Source of the DNA: Phoronis australis | Lineage: Eukaryota; Animalia; Phoronida | DNA length: 64,000 bases | Reading direction: 5' to 3' | Assembly: GCA_002633005.1 (NCBI GenBank) | Contig: NMRA01000600.1 | Span: 190,399-254,398, forward strand | In this document: one piece after another, positions 50,274-63,215 of the stretch | How the letters are laid out: every line of letters begins with the position of its first letter | Position numbering within the stretch: the first letter of the stretch is position 1 | Program-made: the position numbers and the translations under genes | The notes under the pieces: generated by a model | Told to the model about the DNA's origin: nothing | Databases searched by the model: none | What the model saw: only the letters and a program-made list of their open reading frames with translations

Positions 50274-53226
50274 AAGGCATCATTAGTTTGTACAATTTGG
50301 TAAAATAGGGCTAGCTAAGCTTCTGATGAGGGGGAAGTGCAAACATTATTTGAAGATAGAAAACCTATTTTAGAAATTCATTGTTGTGTCATAAATTCAA
50401 TACTGCTGAATTTTAAAGTGCATTGAACTCACACAACCTGACTCACACACATGTTGGCTTATTTGCGACTCGTGAGTGGCTATTTACATAGTCTGCTGTG
50501 GCGGATCTTGGATGTACAGTTGGAGAAAGAGGGTGAAACCACACATATCTGAAGGCAAAGGTCCACGTGCATTCGAAGCGGTCTCTGAAGGGGACCCATG
50601 AACAATTATGAAGGAAAATAGGAGTGTAACGCCCAGAAGCTGGCAGCGACTTCATGACAGCGTTTTCCCGTTCAGTGACTTTACCATACGTACATGTAGG
50701 GGGTCCTGAGCGTGTGATAACATCTAGCTCCTTCGTTAACTGCCCAAACCCATTCTTTTGTTTGTTACGACAACTAGCAGGCCAATTATCTACCAGGCTT
50801 ATTACAAACCACGTGTGAACAGAGGCAAACTCCGAGTGAATTTGTGTACTCAGAAAGAAGTTGGGCGATTTTGGCGATTCAAAGACTAACATGATCACCA
50901 TTTGACGAAGATTTCAGAAATGCTATTGGTTTATGTTCACATATGTTATAACCTAACTTTTATTTTTAACAGCGCAACTCAGTCAGGGTCTTATTGGAGA
51001 TTAGAGCAATTATCGAACAAAAGAGAGCTGGTCCTCCAACCATGAATGCCAGAATGGAGTTAATCAGTCGTGTAAGATATTGGCTACCGGGGTAAACTTC
51101 CCAACTTGTTCGAACAACGGGAAAACGCCGTAAAGTTTTAGTCGCCCATAGGGTGTGTACTCGGGGGGCCTTCTCCACCCCCTTTGTCAACCTATGGTAG
51201 CTGTGACACTGTAACTGTTTTTTACCTTGAATTGATAAAAATTCCGCTACATTGAAAAGCAAAAAGGTGGTTACCTGCGCCTTCCTGCGCCTACGACCCA
51301 CCACAGCAAACCAGAAGAAATTTGGTTAGGAATGCCACACTGAACGTTCATGTTGAAAATTGTGTGTACTTTGGTATTGGTGGTGTTATTCATTTTGCGT
51401 TTTGACGTGTATTAACTGCATGCAATTTGGTTTCAATATTACTTTCGGCTAGGTTTCACTGTCTACCTCACGGGTTGTTCTTTTTATTTATTTTTCACTT
51501 GTATCTGGTTGACCTCAGATTGATGCAGTTAAGGTCTACTGAAATTCGGTTGACAAAATTTGATGTCTAGCGTTATACTTTATGATAGTTATATGACTCC
51601 CAAGTGCAGGGAGGGTGCATGTGTATATGATTGCTACGCGTATCTGTGCTGAAGCAAAACTTCAAGAATGCAGCAGCAATTCAACCTAACACAAGCAAAA
51701 TGTGTGAATGAACACTTCTTTAAAAGTTTTTTTTCAAATTGAACTGGGTGTTGTATTGAACAGAACGCGAATATGGAGAAAACTTTCATGTCTTGTCTTC
51801 AAAACAGGTTGCAATTCCCATCTTATTGTGTACGGTTACCGCTCACCTTAAACCTTCACGTGTTATCCAACCAATGTAAACTTGTAAAGCAGTCACATAT
51901 TTAACTAGGTTAATTAATTATTTCATCCTGTGTGCAGACTCTCCCAGTGCAAAAGTGAGGACAGCACGACACCTCTTAAGCAACTGAACTGTTGCCTAAA
52001 AACAGCAGCAAACCACCATAAAACTGGATTGGCTCATGTTTGCTCAGCATGGACGTCGGTTAAAAATTGGCCTATTGTTTGGCTATTCACTTTAACGACC
52101 CGCACTCGACTCATTGGCAACCAGTCGGACAAAAATAATATGCACGTATACACAACGAGTTGACTTTGCGAATAGATTTGTTCACGACTGAGACTTAGAT
52201 TGTTTTACAACAAAAATTGTTCGCTCATTATTATGAACATAATTAGACTGAGGTGAAAAATCAGTCCGTTTTTGATATTTTAAACTTTTTGAATTCATAT
52301 GCTTTTTTGTACCTCACTCTTCATAACATGCGAAAAACACGAGCGCAAAATTACAGACAAAAATTTAAACGTGAAAATTTTAAACGTAAAAGTACCAGCG
52401 TTTAACTGCTTCGGAGCTCACGTAACCTACAAACCAATTTCTAATTGGATATGATTATGGTAGTAAAACACCATGGAAATCTCAGTCATAACTCTAAGTA
52501 TAATTATGGCCCCACAGATAGATCAAAAGCTTGACTGTAAAAGTTGCCCCTTGTGTTATTCATCCAAGTTGTGTTACAGGCACAGCCGGGCATTGTTCAA
52601 GCATAGGCTGGCTGTTTAAGCATTTCAACTTAAGTAACAAATGGTGGTTATAACAATGGAATGACCCATGCTTGGTTGAAATTATCTTGTTGTGTCACTT
52701 CAGATTTGTTTTCTATAGCTTAAGAGAATATTAAAAGAACTAAACTTCCCTTTGACTCAAGGCAATAATGGAATTAGGTTGCAAATTCTGTTGAGCTGCA
52801 AGAACAGATCACAAGAATTTGTGACATGGTTTAACTAATAAGATTGTTGAAATCATATGTATTAAACCTGTAAGGGTGTTGAAGAGTAGGTTACATCGAA
52901 AATTGAAGTAAAATGCAATACAGGTATACATAAAATGATTGAGAGAAAAATCTTAAAACAAGGAGCAATAAATTGGTTAGGTATGCATTTGTGGTTTATT
53001 TTTGAACAAATTTTACAAAAATTAACAATTTATAGGGATGTTGTTGCACCTAGATGTGATTTTCCAACATAGTTGCACAAAGCAAAAAATGAAGTGATAA
53101 CTAAAAAATGTAACAACATTTTTGAGAGCTCATGTTGCATTCATATCAAGCAAAGTTTGGTCATGTGAATGATACATGTACCACTTTTTCCAAGGGATGT
53201 ACCCTCCGGTATAACAAACGTTTTGT

Positions 53227-53522
53227 GTGTTTAGAACTCAAAAAATCACAAGTATAAGCAACGCAGATCTAGGTTCTTCTGTCTGTATTTCACGGAAGAA
53301 TACTTCGAACTTATCTCCTAACAGACCCCAACTCCTGCAACGGTCCTTGGTAAATTGGCCTGCCGAACTTTGTGGCCTACGATGTGTCCAAATACCAGTA
53401 AATCCGTGACAGCGAAATAAAACACGTTTTTATAAGAATTCGGTGTATTTTGAAGGGTTTTACATCGAATTTTGATGATTAATTGGTGTTAAACGATGAA
53501 TTCAAGCGATAAGCTGACACCA
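53227..53522 (-). mobile_element. Inverted fragment of the 48254-49190 family
   Basis: Reverse complement of ~48437-48730; both give the same pseudo-peptide WPAELCxLRCVQIPxNP. Confidence 0.85.
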
Positions 53523-53529
53523 CGACTAC

Positions 53530-53633
53530 TTGAGTACTGTGAACAACTTGATGAATTGCCTGTTATTGATAAGATAACTACTGTTTGCTGTGCCCTGATC
53601 AACATGTGTGACTTAGTAGTACCATTTGAGTAA
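53530..53633 (+). pseudogene. C-terminal tail of an ISL2EU (DDE_Tnp_4-type) transposase
   Basis: DELPVIDKITTVCCALINMCDLVVPFE* matches the DKIxxVCCALxNxxxxVVP ending of this family; convergent with the YqaJ gene. Confidence 0.7.
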
Positions 53634-54590
53634 AAGTAAAGTTGTGGATTTGCTGTAAAATCAGAAAGTAAAGCACGACTACACGAATGAATTATGGCTC
53701 TTCATAACTGTTGTCAATTCGTCAGTGGTAAGGGATTGTTGTTTGTAAATATAGTCATGAGTTGCAGATTAACACACTACCCGCGTGTATTTTTTGTACT
53801 TTTATAGTAATATTGAACACGTACATGTACTCTGGTCGTGAGTCTGTCTCGGTGAAACACTATGTTGAAAGCAGAACTGTTTCTCCTCCAAGATTCAATC
53901 AAAGTACATCTGTTTTCAGTTTTAAATTATTCTGATCTGGTGATTAAAACAATTGCAGTCATGCTTTCAACGAAGTGTATCGGATAGAAATATTGATACC
54001 CATCACATGGCCATTCAGTAAATCGCTTCATGCAACTTTAAAGTATACCCTTTTCACGTGAACAAAATGACAAGTGACTCTGAAATTAACCCTCCTCATG
54101 AAATAGAGTTTGTCTTAACGATGGGGAATAATTCATATTTCAGTCAAAAATGGCCATTCAAGAAAACAAAAGAAATTACTTTCCAAGAGATGATCATGGA
54201 ATTAATTCCAAAAAGTATAAGTTTGATTGATTAATTTTTAAAAAACTGTGTAAATGAACAAAACACAAATACCCCATATTTACGTAAAAGATGGTAAAGT
54301 TTGCAAAGAACATCGGGACCAACCTTTAATATTCCACTCGGCCTTCCGCCCGTGACAACATTTCATGCCTCTGCTAATGACCCACCTATATAAAATCGTA
54401 TGAAGCTTGGCATACCATGCACACACTCAGAATTGAGACAAAAGAGGGGCGAAATATAGCATATCTATTAATAACTACGATGTAAAAGCATAACCACACA
54501 ACTAATACTAAGTAGCATGAAGAAAAAAATAACTACATCCACATTTTCAGTACTGCACTATAACTTGAGTTATCAGTTCATGTATAGTAT

Positions 54591-55619
54591 TCAATGCACA
54601 CTAACAGTCTGTGCCCTGGAGTACAACTTGGCCACTAAGTCGGGCAAAAGCACCTTTTTTGAAAAATAGACTACAGTCATTAACCATTTGCTGAGCAAAG
54701 TCAATGTCGTGCAGTATTCTCTCGTACACAAAGTCCTTCGTCGTCTAGACAACAAAATCACAACACTCAGCTGCAGTGACGAGTAACTGGCACTGCACTT
54801 GGTAATAGTATGCATGCTTGCACTTCAGACAAAGTTCAACATTTACAATTTCTAAACAATCAACTGAATCATCGATGATCTTGTCCTTATGACAGTATTG
54901 GCATTTGATTTCAATGATGACATCACCGCAACAGTCACAAGTTGCCACACCATCCGGACTTGCACCCATGAAGGGGTACTCGGTGCCAATTACCAGTCCG
55001 TCGGTACGACATGAGAAGTTGTCATGATTTGTCTTCATTATTTCAAGATAATCTTCCGGAGCTTTTTTCTCATGCTCACAGCCCCAAGTAGTTGTAGCAG
55101 TTTTAAATGGCTTAGCGTTGGGGTAGCAGATATCTCTAATCAAGCTCTTAGCTGGATTTTTGAGAGACGTATGCCAAACTGCTTTTGCTTTAGAAGCAGT
55201 GATACGACCAGCTCGAAAGCGAAACCATTGCTTTGTGGCAGCCTGGAGATGGGGGCCCTCCTCGCAATTGACGACTTCTTGGTTTGTCACAGATATACTT
55301 TTGAAGACCATGTCACAATGGTCAAGAACCGTTTGTTGCTGAGCTGCAGCTAGTGTCTCGTCGTAGAGCTCTGACAACACTTTTGTGTATTTCTTGCTCA
55401 ATGATATAGGCCGAAGATCATCTGAAAACCCAGGGACAACAGCCAACACAACTGGTTTCTTCCCACAGTCTTTCAGATCCTGGAAAATATTTGTTAGCTC
55501 TTCATTGCAAGGATCGTCCACTTGGGCGTTGGCTGTAGACACCCATATGCACCATCAAAGGTCTGCTTCAGTTGCTTCGCAGAGCGGAAGTCAATGTCCT
55601 TCACTGGCTTATAGTTAAC
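54591..55619 (-). pseudogene. YqaJ/lambda-exonuclease-like protein of an ISL2EU transposon (last exon), inactivated
   Basis: Acceptor at 55620; VNYKPVKDIDF, WFRFRAGRITAS, WGCEHE, GASPDG, EIKC, YYYQVQCQL, CDFVV then TAG where W is expected; further frameshifts near 55545 and 54660. Confidence 0.88.
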
Positions 55620-56679
55620 CTGAAATGAGAAGTTAGCAATATATTATTCACTGCTTGGTATATTCCTGAGGAAACTTTGTGTACGCACAAGATGTTACAA
55701 TAAATGTGAACAATAATTGGACAAAAGTGACCCACAATTCCCTAAAATTATGGCTGAGCGCAAGACGAACAACATGTAATCGTAAAGACTAGGAAATGTA
55801 AGTAGTCTATTCATTTTTGACTTGTACTGTAAACTGTTTGTATTCAAAACAGCAAAATTTTCCGTACCTGATCAGGTAAACGTCAGTGTTTGGCCAAATG
55901 CACACCTTCCTCCCAATTTAAAAAATTAGCTTTCAAACCTCCACGTTTCGTCACTTGAACACCTTGGGCTTAAACCAAACATCACAACATGCAGACGCCA
56001 AAGCCGAGACTGATGTCGACATTTACAACAGTACCATAAATTGTAACTCCTCAATTCTAAGATGGAGGGCTACCTTCTGTACATCAAATTTGTTTCATTC
56101 GTTATAAAAACCTTTCTACCTCACTTATAGATCTATTTTCAATTAGTTGTACAGTGTTATAATTTTGAGTAGGACTTCCCAGGCAGCACTCAAAACAACC
56201 AAAAGTGGGTGTTAAAAATTACGAGTGACGTCAAACTTTCTACTGTCGAGCAAAAAACCAAACAAAATGTCGCACGCTCTCCGTAAGTGCCCGTTCGAGT
56301 AATACAGGTGAGCTTAATATCAAACTCTTTTTTGTCGACCGTACACTATCTCATGTCGAGCTCTGCTAGGTTATAAACAAAAGGGAAACATTTACCTTTG
56401 AAGCAGATGAAGTCAACCAGAACGATTTTTTTGACTAACTGTCGTGCTATTTTTGATCTTCACCACAGCAGCCACAGCAAATAGGAAAGCACCAACATGA
56501 GAGCAGACCTCCCTAATCCCAGCCATACACGTGCTACTACTGTATTCTGGGTAATCGCGTTTAGGGGAAAACTATGTACATGTATATTCAAAGATAACGA
56601 GCTGTTAGGCATATTGGTTTGGTTTGTCTACGTTGCCGCGAGAATAACCTTTTCATTTAAAGAGCTGCACCCGCACGCA

Positions 56680-56910
56680 GTGGTGTTCTATTCAGATTCC
56701 TATTCAGTACAAGTGTTATCGGCCTTTTGTTCTTTGTGCAGGGATTTCGCAGTGATACTATTGCGCGGAAAGGCAGCTTCAGCTATCATTTGACGGGCCT
56801 ACATCTAAGTGATTAAAGTCGCGTTTTCTTATTTTCTTAAGGCTGTGCTAGGACTACCAGGTCAACCCAATACATCTAAAGTAGCAAAACTCCGTTGAAG
56901 TTGGGCTTTA
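56680..56910 (+). repeat. Dispersed repeat homologous to 40770-41010
   Basis: See 40770; ends GGGCT|TTAA. Confidence 0.7.
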
Positions 56911-57125
56911 AAATATACATCCTATACAAGCTGAGAATTCGTCACTGTAATGAAAATAAATGTTTAAAGAAATAATATTATTAGGATCTTTCTGCAAACA
57001 CAAAACCATCTTCAGACTACACTATCGATTCGTGATGTGCATAAGCATTTGAACGAGGCCCCCGTTCAAATACTTTTGCGAATCTCAATAAAATAACCAC
57101 TGGTACAAACACGTACGTTACATAA

Positions 57126-57127
<2 letters not shown>

Positions 57128-57164
<37 letters not shown>

Positions 57165-57213
57165 CATCGAACATATAGTTAGTTAGTCGCACACAAATGT
57201 ATATATATATATA
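57128..57213. repeat. (AT)n microsatellites flanking a short unique segment
   Basis: Directly visible; the unique segment recurs inverted at 58809-58846. Confidence 0.95.
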
Positions 57214-58071
57214 CATGCTTGTATACAGATATGGGGTTATTATCTGAAACCTTGAATTGGGGTAAAATTTTGAGACCTTAATCATTTATTGATCTGGCAC
57301 ATAGTGAATTATTAATATCCAAATTATCTTTAAAATCAAACGATGGGCACCAAAATATAGGATACATGTACATCCATAGAAACAATATTTGTGATATACA
57401 TGTACAAACAGTTTCATCCTGCGCAACATACGGATCTTAGAGGCTTCCAGTCACCACAATTTCAGACTCCCACCATCTTAGTAACAATTAAGACTACAAA
57501 TGTAATTAAAGAAAATGTGATAGTTTTAGAGTAATTTGTGTTTGCTTTCTTCATACAAAATACTTATACATAGTGATTACCATTCTCAAGAACTGAAAGC
57601 AGTTATTTTAAAGATGTTGAAACTGCTAAATCTGCAGAGGAATTTGTCTGTATTGTCTATTTAACAAAACTCAGGTTCTTAAAGGCTGTGGTTGAAGTGA
57701 TGATGGTGATGATGAAGACCCTAGGGAAAGGAGGTGACAATATGTAACTTGAGACAAAAAACATAATAATGAGCAGATCCTGTTAACTTTGCTGTGCTCT
57801 TATTAAAAGTCTTGTGATCATCACTTTTAGCATCACTAACACATCTCGATGACTCTTTTCCCACCTCCATGTAGATGGTCGTATTGTCATCATCACTTTC
57901 AGCATCAGTGCATAGCTTGGTCAATTTTCCTTTAACTTAGAACTTCCCAGACTCCACACTAGTAACATTTAATCAGTGTATCACCTGAAAATAAAGGTGA
58001 AATTTTTAAACATACATTTTGCTATGATAAAAAATCGAAGATTAGGCAGGATTTTGTATTTCGTAATACAT

Positions 58072-58463
58072 GCATTGTAAAAACTGTCATAAAACAGTTT
58101 TTGTTAATTGTAGTGATTTACAAGAATTTTCTGTATATTTTATTAAACTTAGGCCGGACAGGTATCTACTGAGTTTCAAGATTTGTTTACCTTTTTGTTA
58201 ATCAAATCATTTGGCAAGTATCCTTGCACACTTTGCGAAAACTGTCATTCCTGTAAGGAACATGTANGCATTGTAAAAACTGTCATAAAACAGTTTTTGT
58301 TAATTGTAGTGATTTACAAGAATTTTCTGTATATTTTATTAAATTTAGGCCGGACAGGTATCTACTGAGTTTCAAGATTTTTTTACCCTTTTTGTTAATC
58401 AAATCATTTGGCAAGTATCCTTGCACACATTGCGAAAACTGTCATTCCTGTAAGGAACATGTA
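58072..58463 (+). repeat. ~195-bp direct duplication across the N at 58267 (contig overlap artefact likely)
   Basis: 58072-58266 is repeated at 58268-58463 with few differences. Confidence 0.95.
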
Positions 58464-58776
58464 TGATCTTACATTCTTACCAAAATATACTATCTTACAC
58501 AAACAATAATATAACATTAACAATTATAATAGCAATAATACTTTTGTGATTTCTTTGTAGTTCAAATCTGTTTGGTGTGTTCCCTTTTAGTATTCTTGCA
58601 GGTCGATAGTCCAACGGGGAGTTAGTCGGAAAGACTTTTAAGCCTTTTGGGTTTCTGAATTAGGTTGTGTTCTTCTTATTACTACTTTCATTTTATAGGC
58701 TTGCGGTCTCAAGACCAACGGACCTTTATTCTAGACAGTGTTGAAATATACCTGATTACAGGCCCGTANCACACAA

Positions 58777-58812
<36 letters not shown>

Positions 58813-59070
58813 TTGTGTGCGACTAACTAACTATATGTTCGATGTTTCCGAGAGCTGAAGAACGGCAGGGGTGCACGCATACTGTGGGAGTCAGCTGACT
58901 CTTCTCTTGCCCGATACACTGAACCGTTTAAGTGAAAAACAATACAACAAACGTCATTTTATTGAGTAATTCTCTGCCTTTAGTAACAAAGAACAACGTG
59001 TCGTAGTTCTGAAAGGAGTACGCTGGTGGCACGCAAACGCGCCCTTTCTTGAACTTTCATGAATATGTAT

Positions 59071-61229
59071 CAGTGGCGGATCTACGGGGGGTTCAGGGGG
59101 TTTAAAACCCCCCCTCGGGCCAGCACCCAAAAATTAAAAAAAAACAAAAGCGTCTCCAGAAAAACAGAAACAGCACCGCCAGCGTGTGTAAACCCCAAGT
59201 AAACCAACTTGGAAAAAATTGAGAGGGGGGGTTCACTCTGAAAATATAGTTTTTTGCATTGTGAATTGCTGAGTATTTGTGGCTCATCGGCAAAACGCGC
59301 GGGGACTTATTGTGCGCGCGCTTCTGTCGACACTACTGAAGTAGCCAAGCAGTTTAGATGGATTCACCGCTGAAAGAGCAGTTCTATAGCTGATTTCTTT
59401 AGGTAACTAGCTTTTTTACTCTAAGATATTTTTTGATTTGATTAGTTGAAATACTGCGGTGCCGCAACCCTGATATTCAGGCGAATTGACGTGCAACGTT
59501 TTTACCTCATCTGTTATGCCGTGTCATTCTATTACACTCCACACGTTTGTAACTGATGTATAGTGAAAGTTGTCTTGCGCAATATCATACAGTGTACATG
59601 TACATGTAGTATTGTGTACATGTACATGTAATGTTTTTGAAAAAAATTCTTTTTCCGAAGAATTGCTATTGTGGCGGGCGCCATGGTCTGGTCGCGAGTC
59701 CGTTTGAAAACACACTCTATAACAAGTTATGTCTATACGAGGAATGACCAAGGGGGCACTCACATTGAGAAAGAGACCGCATTCGCGAAAAGTGTACAGT
59801 ACCAGAAATTGCGGGGAGGCTGTTCTTTTACAACAAAATCTTCCGGGACCCGTGCGATGTTAAATAGGCCTCCTAAGGAGCCCTAGTTCCGACCTTAACA
59901 CCTACCGTCTGTCTACCTGTAATAAGCACACTGCCGTCTTCTATACTGGGAATTTCCGCAGAGAGGCTCACCCGATGAAACGCTCGTGCCCTTGGGCATT
60001 TATTAGATATTATTACTTCGGGTTTCAAGCGTTCAGACATTGAGACGTTTGTTTCGAAAACTGCCAGAGATGCAAATAGGTCCTGGGATGCTTCGTCAAG
60101 GTTTGAAGTAGTCCATGATGAACGGATCAAATTTAGTTGCTCATGTAAGTCTTTCGAATGGACTTGGCAACCTCAATGGTCTTAGTGTCAACTGAGCTGC
60201 GAAACGAGATGCTGACATTGTAGAGGCTTACAAGCTCATTGACACAGCAGTTGACGAAGTGCAAGCGTTGGGAACAAACATCGAAGATATGTGGGTAGAA
60301 TGGTTCCAAGACGAGCAAATCATTGGATCCGATATACAAATTCCTCGGCAGTCTAGACAACAGAAGGATAGGACTAACGTATGAGTAACCACTGGGGATT
60401 AAAATTTTAGAAAGAAGTTTTCAATTCAAAGTTTTTTGCATAGTACACTTTAGGTCTCGCGACGGACCAGGCCAGCTTGATTTGTGTAGATGTTGACTGC
60501 AAACTAGTCCGGTGTATCTTTTCACCACTGTGCACAGGATGTTTTGGTTTCGTGAAACTGTTTTCAGATGATTTGTTTCCTGATAGATTTGACGTTTTTC
60601 AATTGTTGTCAACGTGATTCAGCTTAATAAAGTGATACCTAATTATTTATTGTCGCTTTTGATAATAGACTATGAGTTGAGAGCACCATCGTTCGCCAGT
60701 TCTTCTCGTAACGAGACAGAACACATGTTTATTTCCGGACTAACAGCTGCTGTTACACGATCATCGGATATTCAAGTTTTTACGCCCCGTCGGTGCTCCT
60801 TAATTATGCTCTTGAATATTTGGAAATTGTCTTAACCCCTGTATACACACCACACTTTTCGTATATGACTTTTCGTATGCTAAAAAGGTGCGTGTAAGCA
60901 GATGTTCCAAGGAAAATTTTTGCTGGTGGCGTGACTCATACCCAGATGTGCACAATATGGTTTCACGAAACTTATGTGCCAAGTTCACGTGACGAAATCG
61001 AGAAGGGTTTTTAATTATCTTAAGAAAAACTCCAGAGACATGTTAAGTGCCAGAAACTTACCAGGATGCATGGAAATTTCCCTATTTGGCTACAAAAACA
61101 AAAAAATATGTTACACGGATGGGAAACCCCCCTCCCGACCTTCCCCCCCGCTCGGCGCCACGCGCCTAGGATTCGACGTTGGCGGGAATCCTAATCCCCA
61201 CCCTTGCTGAAAACGTAGATCCGCCACTG
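59071..61229 (+). mobile_element. hAT5-like DNA transposon, internally deleted, with 5-bp TSD
   Basis: Perfect 16-bp TIR CAGTGGCGGATCTACG; TSD TGTAT at 59066-59070 and 61230-61234; internal transposase remnant. Confidence 0.88.
60060..60385 (+). pseudogene. hAT transposase remnant (ZMYM1/THAP12-like group)
   Basis: NLNGLSV..KRDADIVEAYKLIDTAVDEVQALGTNIEDMWVEWF...IQIPRQSRQQKDRTNV fits the LSxxLQxxxxDIxxA...PR...QxxRxN pattern. Confidence 0.7.
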
Positions 61230-61598
61230 TGTATGATGTTTGACCTCCAACCGTACTTTTTCTTCACCTACCTGAAGATTCGTACTTCGGTGATCCCATT
61301 ATAAAAATAAAAAACCAAAATGAAGCGGTGAATTTAGGAGTGATTTGATAACTACAACATTCAATCACAAGGCAATCGAGAACACAACCGGAAATTCACA
61401 CTGCAAGCTCCTGCAATCAATCTCGTGAAATCTCGGGGTAGCAAGGTTAGCTCCAACAGTATAATGCAAGCGCCATATTAGATGCAGAATTTTATGGTTT
61501 AATATGTGGCTAAATATCACAGCACGCCTTTGTACTTAATGGCATGACGTCGTCTTACAGAGTAAAGTTGGCTAATTGTGAAGTACTTTTCTTTGCAG

Positions 61599-61946
61599 AA
61601 CACACCAATGTCTGGCGCTGGTTGTCGTGGGCGTGTCCGTCTTCGGGATATATTATCAATTCAAGCATACGATTAGTGAGGACAAAGTTTCAGTCAAGTT
61701 CGTGGAGCCACTCAACATAACTGTACACAGAAACTGGACATCATACACACCACCCACACAGCATACTCTACCGAAGCCCTCCGCCACGAAGGTTGCATTT
61801 GTGTACCTCACACAAACCCCTGAATGCTTATCATCGTATCACTTCAGTGTTGACCTCTTAGGAAGTCACCAAGACTGCCGCTGTGCCGTTGTTGTCTTAT
61901 CGTACAGGAAGCCATGTACAAAGAATGAGTCGTTTCCACACGTTTG
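61599..61946 (+). CDS. Exon of an uncharacterised type II membrane glycosyltransferase-like protein (TM, stem, start of domain)
   Basis: Polypyrimidine-TTGCAG acceptor, open frame with TM CLALVVVGVSVFGIYY and P/T-rich stem, phase-2 GTAGGT donor that joins the next exon in frame. Start exon not identified. Confidence 0.8.
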
Positions 61947-62199
61947 GTAGGTGGTGGAAATGTTTAGTTCACAGATAATACGGAACAAATTTGCTATGAA
62001 AGAAACCCTTTTTTATCTTTTATCACAATATGTATTCATGCGTATCGTCCAGTACATGTAGTTAAGTATTCAATGCGATAGGGTTCATATCCGATAAAAG
62101 CATTATAGGGGTTATTTTTAGGTAATATGGCATGGTGTAAGTTATTGCCTTTGACCAAAGCTATAAAATTTCAATCTGATTTTGTGTTTAATGTTGCAG

Positions 62200-62956
62200 G
62201 TACTTTTTTAAACCGAACACAACTCTGAACCAGGGTCGAAATCTGCTTTACGCATATTCGTCGACGCAGTTGAACAAGACGGGGGCACTGTTTTATATCT
62301 TCATTGATGAAGACGCCATCATTACTCGGACAGCTCTAGATCTATTAGATCCCAAAGCTCAAATTACAGTAGACCGGAAACGACCAATCCTGAGGCAGTA
62401 TGAAGACTTCCTGCTCCGCGTGAAACCTGCTGTAAGCACGGCTATATACTCGACGTCACTTAATCGGAAGACATTTAAAGAAGATTTTTTCTACACGTGC
62501 TGCAAAACAAAGAACGGAAGTAGAATTCGTTTCCCAGAGTTCTTCCCAATGATCAGCTTTGATCTATGTATGTTTGCAACGCACGTGAATGCGGCTGCAA
62601 ATCTTTTTCCCATCCCACTCAAGTACGAAACATTTTCATGGTGGATGGGAGACATTATTCTGCCATTTAGAGTCTATGCCAAATACAAAGGCCAAGCGCT
62701 CGTTTACTCCCCCATGCAAATCTTGAATGAAGCCCACAGAGAATATCCAAAAGTGTCCGGCAGTGTTGTTGGATATGATGTTCTCATGAAAGAGGAGCGG
62801 GCTTTGGCACCACCTCTCCTTCGCAATAATTCTGTGTTTAACGATAAGCTGTTTAGAGGAAGGCGCCATCCGCCTTATTATTCTATAGTCTCTCCACAGT
62901 TTCCTTACGTCCCTTACCACAAAAATCCTTCCATGATGCCATTTTATGGTGTATGA
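62200..62956 (+). CDS. Terminal exon of the same gene (GT-A-like, DxD motif)
   Basis: TTGCAG acceptor; ~250 codons uninterrupted: WYFFKPNTTLNQGRNLLY...FYIFIDEDA...FLLRVKPAV...FSWW; stop TGA. Confidence 0.82.
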
Positions 62957-62994
62957 TAGAGTTGGCTTCGAGGACAGTTGCAGTACAGCACACA

Positions 62995-63215
62995 TCACGA
63001 ATTTTTGTCCGACCGGTCGGAAATTGGTCGACGACCGGCCGTCGACCGGTCGTCTAGCCGACCAATAGCCGACCAACAACGGTCGGCCTGGGAGCCGTCT
63101 ATTGAGTCGCCTCTGTGGTCGGCACTTGGGTCGGCTAATTGGTCACCTAGCGTAGACGACCAATTCGGATTAAGCTTGTCCTTGGTCGGCAATTTCCATT
63201 TTATGACCTAGCGGG
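62995..63215. mobile_element. Terminal fragment with many CCGACC/GGTCGG subterminal repeats (EnSpm/CMC-like end)
   Basis: Dense CCGACC and GGTCGG units ending in CTAGCGGG. Confidence 0.5.

Noticed and set aside
50050-50295. ORF with a THTHTH repeat
   Set aside because: Translation of the (GT)n microsatellite.
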